Shown piece by piece: positions 49,601 to 58,182 of a DNA stretch of 64,000 nucleotides; the first letter of the stretch is position 1; each line of letters starts with the position of its first letter. A model generated the notes under the pieces. It was not told where the DNA came from. It searched no databases and was given only the letters and a program-made list of their open reading frames with translations. The position numbers and the translations under genes are program-made. The stretch lies in the NCBI GenBank assembly GCA_000146465.1, contig CP001949.1; one strand, 5' to 3'.

Positions 49601-52132
49601 GACTGCAAGTCTTTAGGACATGAATTTTCAAGATATCTAAACTCGTTGTACTACTCGAGGTCGGTGGACAGACATAGTTTGATTTTGGAGGGAATTATAT
49701 TCGACAGAAGGATACATGTCAAGGAAGCCGATTGGATTGATCATCTGTTAGAGTTTAAGGAAAAAGATCTGAACAGGTGCCTAATGTTAGTGTTCAAAGT
49801 CAAGGGAAGGGCTCAGATTATTGAAAGGGAAACAACCCGTTTGGAAATAGAAGAGAAGTTGGTCGACCTTATGGATCAAGAAATGCTAGAGCTCCCTATA
49901 TTCACAAGCATTGGGTATCTCATGGAATATGGAAGGAAAAAAGTAGATTCTGAAGACTACGAAGCTCTTCTACAGAAGGACATAAGTAACGCAGACTCAG
50001 ACTCGGATAAGATCTTGGAATCGACAATAGTTATATCAGGACATCGGGACAAGAGAAATTCCAGTGCTGATAAAGAGTTTGGACTCCATTCCATAATGGA
50101 AGCCTTAGAGAGATTTTATAAGGATACGTCTGTCTGTGACATAGAGAGAAACTACAAGTACTTTCTGTACCTAATCACAACGCCATTTGACTTTGAGATG
50201 GCTGAAAGATATTTTCTGGACTGTTCTGTTTATGAGTTTGTGGACAGGATTAGACATGCACGGGAAATGGCAGTTAAGAATGAAGACCCCGTTTTCTACA
50301 ATGTGACTTTGAAGTACGTTTCATTTGAAGTAGAAAGTGCTTATGAAGATAGAATTCGAGATGCTAAGTCGAAATTAAGGAAGGAACCCAAGCTATTTAG
50401 AAAGACCCTGGAGGATTTGAAGAAGTTCCTTATATTACCTGTCACAAATGTTCTAAATCTTAAGTTTCCTCAACCGTATCCTCTTTGCCAGGGATATCAT
50501 CCCAATGTATGTGCAAGCCTCCTTAGGGAGAGATCGGATTGCGAATGTGAGGATTGGATTGAGTTTTCAAAGAAGTTTGACCGAAAAGAAGTTGAAAGAA
50601 TTTTTGAAAACAACAAAGTGAAAAAGAAAGATGTACTTGGGCGCTTCCTTAACAGGATGCCTGAAAAGATGTTTTCTAACTCCGAAGTATGCCTAGGTAA
50701 GATTGTTAATCAAATGACAGAGGACAGAGCAATAATGGGTCTTACTCTTGCATGTATCGAGAATCCATACATCCCACTTATGTATTTCACATTTATATTT
50801 GGGCGTCGAGAAGAAGAGGTTTCCGAGGAGGAAACAGGAATGAAGAGCGGAACGGGAAATGTCAATGTGAGTGACCAAATTAAACATGAAGATGAGATAG
50901 ATGATGAGTATGGAGAGCGAGAGAAAGTAAGTGAAAGTGATGGGATAGATTTTGACAATGATGGAAGTGTCTCGACGGTTTCCGAGTCTGAGGAAGAAGA
51001 ATATGAAAGCGGAGTAGATGGATACAATGAAGAAGAGAGTGAAAAAGATGAAAATGAAAACGAAGAAGAACTCAAGAATGAACAAGATACAGAAATGGAT
51101 GTTGAAGACGAGGGCTTTGGATCGGAGAAAAGTGAAGATGGAGGAGAAGAACAATTGGGTCCAGATGTCTCAGAAGAAGATACAGATGCTAGTAATGTCT
51201 TGGACAGCACGGAATCAGAAAGTGAAGGAGAGGCAAAGTCACAAAATGAAGAAGATTCCAACTTCCACAACGAGCCTAAAACAAGCGAATACCAATTTAA
51301 AGAAGGAATTCTTAACAAGAATCAGACGTGTGAGGTTGCAGACAATTACGACAGATATGTTGCAGGGAATAACCAAGAGGATCGAGCACTTTGTCAAGGA
51401 GAGGGGAATGAAAAGATTTCAGGAGATGAAGATTCTGGAAGTGGAGATGCATTTGAATCTACTGTAAGAATTAGAATAGAGGAAGAGGATTGTACTAAGT
51501 TGACGAATATGCTCAAGATAATTATGGAGTCAAGAAAGGGAAGCAAGTACAAAGGAGACTTTAAGAGTGGAAAGAAGCTGAACATGAAGAGGTTGGTTCC
51601 GTATATAGCCAGTGGATTCAGAAGAGATAGGATTTGGATGAGGCGCCAAAGAAATGATAAGAAGGATTATATCCTTCGCTTATTTATTGACAACAGTAAG
51701 AGTATGTATAACCAGGAGATGATTGACACTCTTTTGTCTCTATATTCGAAGATAAACAAATCCTTCTCTCTGCTTGGGATACCGGTTGAAGTTTATAGAT
51801 TTGGCGAACTCCTGGAAAGAAGTACGGTAGAAGAAATGAGATTCAGTGACTCCCAAACCATGATCGACTGGATCGACGAGTTTGATGATGGAATCAACAT
51901 TATTTTGACCGACGGTCTCTTCCAGAATGTAGGACATCATCACCCCAACTTCCTAGTCCTGCTGATCGACAAATGCAACGTCAAGAGAATGTCTAAAGTA
52001 ACTGTTTCGGAAGGATCCGTGTTTGTCCAGAGATACCTAGATACCTTCCCTCTTAAATATTGCATTATTTCAAGTGTAGATGAACTTGAGTCTACATTCG
52101 TGATGGCATTAAGCGAACTTATTAGTTCCTAA
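43676..52132 (+). CDS. MDN1: midasin (Rea1/MDN1) AAA+ ATPase, reduced 2818-aa form
   Basis: Several Walker-A P-loops in tandem AAA modules (GDTGVGKTS about 44630, GDTSTGKTS about 45661, GETGIGKTK about 46546, GDPGIGKTS about 47383, ...). Long D/E-rich acidic segment at 50.8-51.45 kb. C-terminal VWA/MIDAS DxSxS motif LFIDNSKSMYN at about 51690. Confidence 0.9.
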   Translation: MKHKKQKTGEARVGSLEKFERLAREAVDLKVPVGVYGEVGRSSLVSRLHSGIYSKGGRLVEIDSREITDARTLGGFYAVKEGDVEYMKGLLIESMERGDWVLFKRIDKNHGLMQYLFTVVKYRRLLGNDGREVLAHEDFRIFFTSNDILDMDDIVFVGPLGFMFEEAMMMFEIACVRQLLMKVFEVISTHWKGCSKEKGEECQRSCLKIACKNNGWCLFKESTVCGAHFRSLQRIKKRLEGSNGTKTEERVKVYQSVCNVLLRHDSDSLRYLLALTDIPDISLHGLDFAKTSSVEWGIFNLLWNIKNRDHTLLIGDTGVGKTSMIQYLSSKSHFFLGVATKLRVVNMSADFDGTDLIGGYGTLDINKAIERICNQERLSTPVCYGNKEKLEYLREKLSLRKEDGLKHEGAIKKIDDLLKLLEKKVHFVYKKGILTECMENGEWLLLDEINLSSEETLDLIDGVLGKKEILLYESGDLRPLEIHPGFMLFGCMNPGGDFGKKKYEGVEFNSVHIHDFSTSLKDINLVIHSVLKYEISEERKSKIGEFFLELKNKVRKGELGNIVEPLISGRSLVRVLNFIRRRAEKGFEQSVWEGFDLFVFTQLDFVSRSIAISLLSKYFATQSLSVERTKVKDGFVLTHRIQTYLRIMELGVLSNCPLLLQGDTSTGKTSMVLFLSKEMNKRVIRINNHEHTEASDYIGSFTCTSRGVEFQEGVLVTAMRRGYWVILDELNLASSDVLEVLNRLLDDNKQIYIPEIDEVVVPHENFRVFATQNIGYGGRKGLSKAFRNRFVEMFFNEGGEEEILEILHGGSGLPKSFCKKMVEVYSGLRSKRSVNALVTLRDLFKWSGRVPRSLSEVCFLGMSIIYERQREEKDRRWVFQVFSESFGEVEVERYGRIITGKEDKEEIVIGKKGTNLKDLSLAAEELYGKKLVFTDTFRKMISLTVLAWESKEPILIVGETGIGKTKICDVVSSLFKTKLITLSMHRGIESSDFIGNFVFENSKVVWKDGPLVRAMKNGEAFLIDEINLAEDSVLERLNSVLEPQRTLYITETGKEVVAHEGFRILATMNPGGDFGKRELSPALRNRFSEMYFEVSSDEIPLVFDHLIDKRLEEVGMPKESRDMFKSLARSLDTSIRKLELVVDFIYRRYTGRFEEVVCMEMFDAISAWREALEIIEANSSEIETRYIENEKMFGAFPYLVGYKNPSSFDFESKTPTLNLRRVLRAMGLGRGIMLEGDPGIGKTSIVQEIARKMGKKCIRVNLSEQTELCDLIGSYLPIDGEIRFVESELLHSLRNGGWIILDEINLCTQSVIEGLNSVLDYRRKLFIPEVTVDVHRDTRIFATLNPCSSINGRKMLPKSFLDRFVRIKMDGYTADDIAQILHKMFPRPVIVSSASLRENIRANQMGSLESKNINYFIDESIVRIGSAHIQRKGGNLDFVLVHSQLQQMEMIMKCVEMNIPLVISRGVGRDSLLRFVSSVFGQEMMLFNCHKDTDVCDLLGQYQKMENGMFEWRDSAIVQGIKRGMIVVFTGVEFVEKSVFDRLNPLFESERILNIYERGIDTNVVVNPSTRLILLVKEPSMLSPALLDRCMHVELSDRLDYIDLWKLFVRQSNSSSVFHEDFYGLSMDRSQIDFGLDLKRLRLLEVWPSFLGRHLCGVWNALEESRIDEMFQFQRKNIENYEIDFEILHFYNKIRLYVETPDDDVSKINLLKSISTMSSEDRKAVAFIKSADLSIFSRFHDQGGCSLNFPKSSRDLKVKAIRCLRDKKFSDYKKLRMIVEQLPDVEWLLHSDFDMFFFEFIERCLNDPLEMVRKGLIAEMNEFENKSLSEIYGTMKNMYKYGKGSIEKMVDRYEKGIQEYKAKIQEIEGRMNRDYLKFRNSLRGLDFCSYMCGDKALYSEFDDILDYYLIYLFYRWSNGEGCSGMCKIKRIGVDCTKYGDRNSVEEESGDYASYGILCLNLIDRGLEILPLLGKIDCKSLGHEFSRYLNSLYYSRSVDRHSLILEGIIFDRRIHVKEADWIDHLLEFKEKDLNRCLMLVFKVKGRAQIIERETTRLEIEEKLVDLMDQEMLELPIFTSIGYLMEYGRKKVDSEDYEALLQKDISNADSDSDKILESTIVISGHRDKRNSSADKEFGLHSIMEALERFYKDTSVCDIERNYKYFLYLITTPFDFEMAERYFLDCSVYEFVDRIRHAREMAVKNEDPVFYNVTLKYVSFEVESAYEDRIRDAKSKLRKEPKLFRKTLEDLKKFLILPVTNVLNLKFPQPYPLCQGYHPNVCASLLRERSDCECEDWIEFSKKFDRKEVERIFENNKVKKKDVLGRFLNRMPEKMFSNSEVCLGKIVNQMTEDRAIMGLTLACIENPYIPLMYFTFIFGRREEEVSEEETGMKSGTGNVNVSDQIKHEDEIDDEYGEREKVSESDGIDFDNDGSVSTVSESEEEEYESGVDGYNEEESEKDENENEEELKNEQDTEMDVEDEGFGSEKSEDGGEEQLGPDVSEEDTDASNVLDSTESESEGEAKSQNEEDSNFHNEPKTSEYQFKEGILNKNQTCEVADNYDRYVAGNNQEDRALCQGEGNEKISGDEDSGSGDAFESTVRIRIEEEDCTKLTNMLKIIMESRKGSKYKGDFKSGKKLNMKRLVPYIASGFRRDRIWMRRQRNDKKDYILRLFIDNSKSMYNQEMIDTLLSLYSKINKSFSLLGIPVEVYRFGELLERSTVEEMRFSDSQTMIDWIDEFDDGINIILTDGLFQNVGHHHPNFLVLLIDKCNVKRMSKVTVSEGSVFVQRYLDTFPLKYCIISSVDELESTFVMALSELISS

Positions 52133-52253
52133 GGATTACAACGGGTTTTGAACCAAATAAAAACTTCTTTAGAAAATTAAGACCTTTGAAATCTAGACAA
52201 GTATTGAGCATTGTAGGATCTCCATAGAGAAACAGGATTGAGAATAATTTAAT

Positions 52254-52571
52254 TCAGATTGCACCTATTTTAGAGGCGATTTGAATGGCGTCTCCCTCTT
52301 TGTCAAATCGGACATATGCCTTCTTCCCATGCTTGTTGATCAAGGTGTTGACCTTCTTGACTTTGCATCCATAGAGCTGGGTAACGGCATCTCTAATTTC
52401 CGGCTTGGTCGAGGTCTTCTCCACATAGAAGACCAGGATGTTGAACTGCTCCATGCACCTTGCAGCCTTCTCTGTGGTGAGTGCATAGAGTATTATGTCG
52501 TGTGGGGTGTTTCTTGGCATCTTTGAGACGAGGTTCCTAGGATGCTTAAAGTTCCTCTTCGGTGTATCCAT
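52254..52571 (-). CDS. RPL23A: 60S ribosomal protein L23a (uL23)
   Basis: ILYALTTEKAARCMEQFNILVFYVEKTSTKPEIRDAVTQLYGCKVKKVNTLINKHGKKAYVRFDKEGDAIQIASKIGAI aligns to uL23 ([52 protein letters not shown]...KKAYVRL....ALDVANKIGII); N-terminal extension largely absent. Confidence 0.8.
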   Translation of the reverse strand: MDTPKRNFKHPRNLVSKMPRNTPHDIILYALTTEKAARCMEQFNILVFYVEKTSTKPEIRDAVTQLYGCKVKKVNTLINKHGKKAYVRFDKEGDAIQIASKIGAI

Positions 52572-52651
52572 GGGGGCAAGGAGGAAGAGGGTTTTTGTTA
52601 GATTGTTGTTCGGATGTTGGAAACAGTTTGTGGGGTGTATGTGGAAGCACA

Positions 52652-52724
52652 GCCTCTGTAGCGCAGTGGTTAACGCGTTCGGCTGTTAACCGAAAGGTCG
52701 AGAGTTCGAGTCTCTCCAGGGGCG
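52652..52724 (+). tRNA. tRNA-Asn (anticodon GUU)
   Basis: GCCTCTGTAGCGCAGTGGTTAACGCGTTCGGCTGTTAACCGAAAGGTCGAGAGTTCGAGTCTCTCCAGGGGCG: anticodon loop CTGTTAA, T-loop GTTCGAGTC, acceptor GCCTCTG/CAGGGGC; strongly resembles eukaryotic tRNA-Asn. Confidence 0.85.
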
Positions 52725-52730
52725 TTTTTT
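52725..52730 (+). terminator. Pol III oligo-T terminator of tRNA-Asn
   Basis: TTTTTT immediately after the tRNA 3' end. Confidence 0.5.
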
Positions 52731-52806
52731 GCCCTTGGAAATCAGGTCGTCTCAGGTATTTTGTTCGTTTTCTATGGAGTCAAATTTACCGTCTTTTTTA
52801 TCCCAA

Positions 52807-53697
52807 ATGACAGAGTCTTTTCAGAAGCTGGAGAAGATCGGAGAGGGAACTTACGGAGTTGTCTACAAAGCAAGAGAAAGAAATACAAACAGAATAGTTG
52901 CATTAAAGAAGATAAGGCTTGAAAACGAGAACGAAGGAATTCCTGCTACTACAATAAGGGAAATATTACTCTTAAAAAACCTAAAGCATTCAACTATTGT
53001 CGAGCTGAGTGACGTAATCTATAATAACAACAAAATGTATCTTGTATTTGAATATGTAGAACTAGATCTCAGAAGATACCTGGACAAAATGAATGACGAA
53101 GGACGACCTGTTGACAAGAACTTCGTTAGAAAAATGTCCTTTCAGCTGTTAACCGCAATGGAATATTGCCATTCAAGAAACATTTTTCATAGAGATTTAA
53201 AGCCTCAGAACATTCTTATAGATCCTCAGGAAAATATCAAGCTTGCCGATTTTGGACTTGGAAGAGCTGCAGGTGTTCCTCTAAGAACCTATACAACAGA
53301 AGTGGTAACACTTTGGTACAGGCCTCCGGAACTACTTTTGGGATGTAAATATTATGATGCATCTGTAGATGTATGGAGTGCTGCTTGCATTATATCCGAA
53401 GTTGTTCTTATGAAGCCTTTTTTCCCAGGAGACTCGGAAATAGACCAATTATTTAGAATATTCAAGGTCCTTGGGACTCCAAACAACTCGAGGTGGTCGA
53501 ATGTAGAGAACTTTCCAAACTATAAAGTAGAATTTCCGATTTGGAACCCTGTCGATTTAAAGACGATTTTCAAGGCAGATCCCGACTTCATCGACCTTAT
53601 TTCGAATATGCTTGAGTACGATCCAAGAATGAGAATGACTGCTAAAAGTGGTTTGTCTCACAGATACTTCAAAAACATGGTGCCTATACTTGGATGA
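52807..53697 (+). CDS. CDK1: cyclin-dependent kinase 1 (Cdc2/Cdc28 homolog)
   Basis: MTESFQKLEKIGEGTYGVVYKARER...IPATTIREILLLK (PSTAIRE-type helix)...HRDLKPQNILID...DFGLGRA...WYRPPELLLG. The track ORF starts at 52729, inside the tRNA terminator; start set at MTESF, which aligns with the CDK1 N-terminus (MESNLP at about 52774 is the alternative). Confidence 0.85.
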   Translation: MTESFQKLEKIGEGTYGVVYKARERNTNRIVALKKIRLENENEGIPATTIREILLLKNLKHSTIVELSDVIYNNNKMYLVFEYVELDLRRYLDKMNDEGRPVDKNFVRKMSFQLLTAMEYCHSRNIFHRDLKPQNILIDPQENIKLADFGLGRAAGVPLRTYTTEVVTLWYRPPELLLGCKYYDASVDVWSAACIISEVVLMKPFFPGDSEIDQLFRIFKVLGTPNNSRWSNVENFPNYKVEFPIWNPVDLKTIFKADPDFIDLISNMLEYDPRMRMTAKSGLSHRYFKNMVPILG

Positions 53698-53787
53698 GAT
53701 TATCCCCAGCAGTTACTTAGATACTATCTTTGGAATTAGTTTCTCGATAGCTAAGACTTTAGAGAAGTCAGATATAAACCTTTAATC

Positions 53788-54411
53788 TTATAGGACCTCT
53801 GTTCTGGGCATCTTCTCAAGCTCCTTGTTCAGCCATCTGAATGCATCGATGATTTCTCTTCCGTTCTCATCGTTGGCCGAAGTCATCGATCCCGCCTGAA
53901 GAACACTTATCGGCACAACAAGTGATGGCCCGCTGTACTTCTCAAGGCCAAACTCGTTCTTGATACTCCTCATCACCTCACTCCTCTCATGTTCTTTCAC
54001 CAGGTCAATCTTGTTTGCAAGCACCAGCAGCGGCCTGGGGCTGTTCAGGATGTTCAGTATCCTCCACAATTCCTCGCTCGACTTTCCAAACCTCTGCGGA
54101 TCTGCACAATCAACCATGTATATGATCCCACATCCCTCGTTGATGTACTGATGCCAGAACCTCATGAATGAGTTCTGTCCTCCGATATCCCACACTTGGA
54201 ACTTCATGCTCCCCAGACTGACATTTTCGCAGTTGAACCCAAGTGTTGGGACGGTTTGGTGGACTTCTCCAGTCTGCAGATACAGTAAAAGAGTTGTCTT
54301 CCCGGCACCGTCTAGGCCTATCATGGTTATCGACCTCTCAGACTGTCCAGAGAATATTGCTCGGAGCCTTGTGTACAATATATTGTTTACCTTGGAGATC
54401 ACTGCTCCCAT
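53788..54411 (-). CDS. ARF-family small GTPase (Arf/Arl)
   Basis: MG N-terminus (myristoylation-type), P-loop GLDGAGKTT, WDIGGQ switch II, NKID guanine-specificity motif. Confidence 0.8.
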   Translation of the reverse strand: MGAVISKVNNILYTRLRAIFSGQSERSITMIGLDGAGKTTLLLYLQTGEVHQTVPTLGFNCENVSLGSMKFQVWDIGGQNSFMRFWHQYINEGCGIIYMVDCADPQRFGKSSEELWRILNILNSPRPLLVLANKIDLVKEHERSEVMRSIKNEFGLEKYSGPSLVVPISVLQAGSMTSANDENGREIIDAFRWLNKELEKMPRTEVL

Positions 54412-54577
54412 TGTTTACCCCCGATATTTTTGTTTTTTATATGGCCTGTTTTAATTCCTCATGGCTTTATCTTGGAGTGTGCATGGGAACAAGGGAGAGG
54501 AAAGATCAAACAAATTCAATACACATTCTCGGAATGAAACAAGGAAACAATATAAGAGAGATAAGCTTTAGAGGGCC

Positions 54578-55693
54578 ATGAGAAGAACATTAGGAGCGGT
54601 ATTAATTTTTGCCTTGAAGATGGCATGCGACGTGATAAGGCTTGTTCCAACATGTGATGCGGAGTGCATGAGGGGAAGACTCTTGGCCTCATATTACTCA
54701 AGTCCTGCCGGCGTGAATCTTCTGCAGACGGCAGCCAAAAATGCGCCAGCCAAGAATCTTGTAGGGGGCAAGGTGACGGTGGTGGGTTTGAGCAGCCGCA
54801 GTGCAAGTAAGCCTCCGGCCCCAAGGACGCCTGGAGGAGGGCAAATAACTGTAACAGCCACTGTTGTGAAGACTGTGCCGATGGAGATACCTCGAAGTGT
54901 GCAACCGCCTGTTGTGGTGCTACAGCCCAGATATCTTGTACAGCCAATGCCTATTCCGGTGAATGCAATGAGTGTGGCTACAGTACCAAAGAGGAATGCA
55001 AAGCCACTCCCTGCAAGGCATGTTGTGGAAGAGAAGCCTCATGGGGAGAATGAGATGATCAACAGGATAGGAAGGAAGGTGAACCTAATATATACCATGT
55101 TAAGTACTCTAGGACAGAGATATCTTCAGATGCCTCCGCAGACGCCAAGGGTTGTGTTGGTTGCACCTGTTTCTACAAGGACAGTCTTCAAGACAGTGTC
55201 GTCTCCTGCGCCGGCGAGAAGCAGCGCTCCTGCTTCGACACAATCTGCCTCGGTAATCACTCTTACAAAATGCATTTTCTTGCCTCCTCAGACCGAGAAA
55301 AAACCCCAAGCACAGACTTCCAGCACCAGCACTAGCACCAGCCCCGTGTCCTCTGCAAAGGAGACTCTGGGGGGAAATAAGACGGTGGGCCCTAGAAGAA
55401 TTCCCAAGAAGCCGCGGAATATAGATTTCGGAGAGAGCAGCAGCTCGGAAAGCTCCATGTCCGAGCAAAGGGAGGAGAAGCCTCTGTACATGTTGAAGTC
55501 CACAGGGCCTGGGCGAAAGAAGAGGAGAAGAGGAGATCCATTTATTGATTGTTATTTGAAAGGAGATCCATCCACCAGATGCACGTCGGACAGTTCCGAG
55601 GGGAGGCCGGACATAGGCGATGCAGTTATCTACAGGAGCGATCTCGACAGCGGCGACGAGATCATATATCTTAGTGAGCTGTTGCAAGGATGA
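54578..55693 (+). CDS. hypothetical P/S/T/V-rich protein within GC-rich island
   Basis: Longest sense ORF between the ARF GTPase and the convergent CDC7 gene; antisense ORFs here are attributed to GC-richness. Basic KKRRRG patch near the C-terminus suggests nuclear localisation. Confidence 0.35.
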   Translation: MRRTLGAVLIFALKMACDVIRLVPTCDAECMRGRLLASYYSSPAGVNLLQTAAKNAPAKNLVGGKVTVVGLSSRSASKPPAPRTPGGGQITVTATVVKTVPMEIPRSVQPPVVVLQPRYLVQPMPIPVNAMSVATVPKRNAKPLPARHVVEEKPHGENEMINRIGRKVNLIYTMLSTLGQRYLQMPPQTPRVVLVAPVSTRTVFKTVSSPAPARSSAPASTQSASVITLTKCIFLPPQTEKKPQAQTSSTSTSTSPVSSAKETLGGNKTVGPRRIPKKPRNIDFGESSSSESSMSEQREEKPLYMLKSTGPGRKKRRRGDPFIDCYLKGDPSTRCTSDSSEGRPDIGDAVIYRSDLDSGDEIIYLSELLQG

Positions 55694-55731
55694 CGGCAAC
55701 ACACACCAAATATTATTAAAGCATGTGTTTT

Positions 55732-56850
55732 CTATGCAGGGTCCCGATGTGTTTTCAAGCCGTCGAAGAATGGATGGTTGAGGGCGTCTGGAGCAGTGAT
55801 CCTGGTTGAAGAGCAGAGATCAAGCATCCTGTAGAGCAGGTCGTATCCCTCGGAGCCGACCTCGGCCCACGGGTTAAGCGACTCGATAATTGTCTCGAAG
55901 GGGATTCTCTCCTCGGGAATTGTGTCTATGTTCGACCTCCACAGTCTTCCGTAGAACTTTGCAGCCTTTCTCATTTCTGCGTGTCCAAAGATCGTTGCAA
56001 TCTCGACAATGGCGTCGATATCCTCGGACGAGTAGAAGAAGGGATATTGTGCAGTCAGGATCGTCAAGAAAATCACCCCCACAAACCACATGTCTATGGC
56101 TCTGGTCTGGTGAGGGTAGCGGAACAGGACCTCTGGTGCTCGGAACCCACGTGTCCCGGCCCGAGGAGCCTTCATCTGCGGCCTGGAGTCTCTCTCGTAG
56201 TATCCCGGAGGCTTTGTCTTCGACACAATCGAGTTGAAGAAGAGCAGGGGTGTCTGGGGCTTGCTACTGTCCTTTGGAAGATGTTCCTCCCTGCGGTCTT
56301 CGTACTGGGCAAGCCCAAAGTCTATGAGCATCCCTCTTCCAGTCTCCTTATTGTACAGAAAGTTCCCTGGCTTCAGGTCTCTGTGTATTATGCCATTGCC
56401 ATGCACATGGTCTATCGCTTCCAACAGGTTGTACAGATACTGCTTGATGTCATTCAGGCCTGCATTGGAAATAAACTCCCGGAAGTCGATGGGCTTGAAG
56501 TACGGAAAGACAGCAATCACCTGGTCTTCGTTCCGGAAAACCCCGAGAAGCCCCATGCAGTTCCTCTTTCCCTCAAGTGCCTTCAGAAACGTCAGTTCCT
56601 CGAGAACCCTTGCTGGAGAGCTGGTTCTTGTTATTACCTTCAGAGCGACATGTCTCCCGGCCTCTGCATCAAGGGCCTTGTACACAACACTGAACGACCC
56701 TTCGCCTATTTTTTCTATGGGCGTGTACTTTGGTATGATGAAGGACAGATGCTTGAGGTCGGACTCTGGGATCTTTTCCTCTTCCATCCCCCTTTCCAGG
56801 TTTTTTATTTTAAGATTGGGTGTGGCTCTGCCATACCGATTGTCTTTCAT
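55732..56850 (-). CDS. CDC7: CDC7/Hsk1-like protein kinase
   Basis: [39 protein letters not shown] (the FLYN + G-x-L-x-DFGLA pattern is characteristic of Cdc7), kinase insert before [13 protein letters not shown]. Confidence 0.7.
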   Translation of the reverse strand: MKDNRYGRATPNLKIKNLERGMEEEKIPESDLKHLSFIIPKYTPIEKIGEGSFSVVYKALDAEAGRHVALKVITRTSSPARVLEELTFLKALEGKRNCMGLLGVFRNEDQVIAVFPYFKPIDFREFISNAGLNDIKQYLYNLLEAIDHVHGNGIIHRDLKPGNFLYNKETGRGMLIDFGLAQYEDRREEHLPKDSSKPQTPLLFFNSIVSKTKPPGYYERDSRPQMKAPRAGTRGFRAPEVLFRYPHQTRAIDMWFVGVIFLTILTAQYPFFYSSEDIDAIVEIATIFGHAEMRKAAKFYGRLWRSNIDTIPEERIPFETIIESLNPWAEVGSEGYDLLYRMLDLCSSTRITAPDALNHPFFDGLKTHRDPA

Positions 56851-56862
56851 GGCTGGAAGGGG

Positions 56863-58059
56863 ATGGAGATAAAGGGTGGGAAGGGTAGCCCTTTAATGTG
56901 TGGAGGACTCAAGGCCGATCTGTTTGTTAGATACAAACAAATGGAAAGAAAGCTCAAGCTTCTCGAGATAAGGGAGGCGTATGTGCGCAAGGAAGTGGAG
57001 ACGCTGAGGAGGGAAGAGAGACACAGCAAAGAGGAGCTGGATAGAGTCAAGAGTGTTCCGTTGATAATGAGGCAGTTTCTGGAGCCTATCGACAACTCGA
57101 CAGCAATTGTGGGGTCGACAGCAGGGAGCAACTTTGTTGTCCGAATACTGTCTACTGTGGACCGAGAGCTGCTGAAGCCAAACACTACAGTTGCGCTGCA
57201 CAGACACTCGAGTGCGATTGTGGATGTGCTCCCTCCGGAAGTGGACAGCACGATTCCTGTAATGGGGGAGTCTGAGAGGCCGGAGGTGACGTATGCAGAT
57301 GTGGGAGGGCTGGATGTGCAGAAGCAGGAGATAAGGGAGACGGTTGAGCTTCCTCTGCTGCAATCTGAGTTGTACAGACAGATAGGAATTGATCCTCCGC
57401 AAGGGGTGCTGCTGTACGGGCCGCCTGGAACGGGGAAGACGATGCTTGTGAAGGCTGTGGCGAACCATACAAAGGCTACATTTATAAAGGTCAACGGGTC
57501 TGAGTTTGTGCAGAAGTATCTTGGAGAGGGCCCGCGGATGGTGCGGGATGTGTTCAGGCTTGCAAGGGAGAAGGCGCCGTCGATTGTGTTTATCGACGAG
57601 GTGGACTCGATAGCAACAAAGAGATTTGATGCGTCGACATCTGCAGACCGGGAGGTGCAGCGGGTGCTTATTGAGCTGCTGAACCAGATGGACGGATTTG
57701 ACCAGACGGCAAATGTCAAGGTGATCATGGCCACAAACAGGGCAGACACAATCGACCCTGCACTGCTCAGGCCGGGACGGTTGGACAGGAAGATAGAGTT
57801 TCCGCTTCCCGACCGGAGGCAGAAGAGGCTTGTGTTCAATGCCATCACATCGAAGATGAGCCTCAAGGACGAGGTTGACATTGAGAGCCTTGTGTGCAGG
57901 CCCGAGAGGATAAGCTGTGCAGACATCAATTCGATCTGCCAGGAGGCGGGAATGCTTGCAGTGCGGGCCAGCAGATACATGGTTACGCAAAAGGACTTTG
58001 AAGAGGCATACTCAAAGGTTGTTGAGAGAAGCGACACAAGGCCTGCATTCTACAATTAA
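56863..58059 (+). CDS. RPT3: 26S proteasome regulatory ATPase subunit Rpt3 (PSMC4)
   Basis: Near-collinear identity with PSMC4 across the AAA domain: [144 protein letters not shown]. The track ORF from 55981 includes spurious GC-rich upstream extension antisense to CDC7; start set at first ATG after CDC7 (56896 is the alternative). Confidence 0.9.
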   Translation: MEIKGGKGSPLMCGGLKADLFVRYKQMERKLKLLEIREAYVRKEVETLRREERHSKEELDRVKSVPLIMRQFLEPIDNSTAIVGSTAGSNFVVRILSTVDRELLKPNTTVALHRHSSAIVDVLPPEVDSTIPVMGESERPEVTYADVGGLDVQKQEIRETVELPLLQSELYRQIGIDPPQGVLLYGPPGTGKTMLVKAVANHTKATFIKVNGSEFVQKYLGEGPRMVRDVFRLAREKAPSIVFIDEVDSIATKRFDASTSADREVQRVLIELLNQMDGFDQTANVKVIMATNRADTIDPALLRPGRLDRKIEFPLPDRRQKRLVFNAITSKMSLKDEVDIESLVCRPERISCADINSICQEAGMLAVRASRYMVTQKDFEEAYSKVVERSDTRPAFYN

Positions 58060-58182
58060 ATAGTTTGTGTTTTCCCGACTAAGAGGCCTGGGCTGGATCT
58101 AAAGATGTGAACATCAAAGAAGGTATTTAATTGCTCTTATCCCGACTTCCCTTCCGTTTCGGAAGAGTGCCTTATCTCCTCC

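Noticed and set aside
50693-51318. Minus-strand ORFs (153 and 202 aa) inside the midasin acidic D/E tract
   Set aside because: These are antisense readings of GAA/GAT-rich coding sequence, giving poly-Ser/Phe/Leu proteins; midasin is continuous across this region.
56847-58037. Long antisense ORFs (396 aa and 365 aa on the minus strand; also 55109..55702 and 54516..54947) overlapping RPT3, CDC7 and the P/S-rich gene
   Set aside because: They lie inside the GC-rich island where stop codons are depleted. Their translations are low-complexity (S/T/A/R/L-rich) and unlike the sense-strand proteins, which match RPT3 and CDC7 almost residue by residue.
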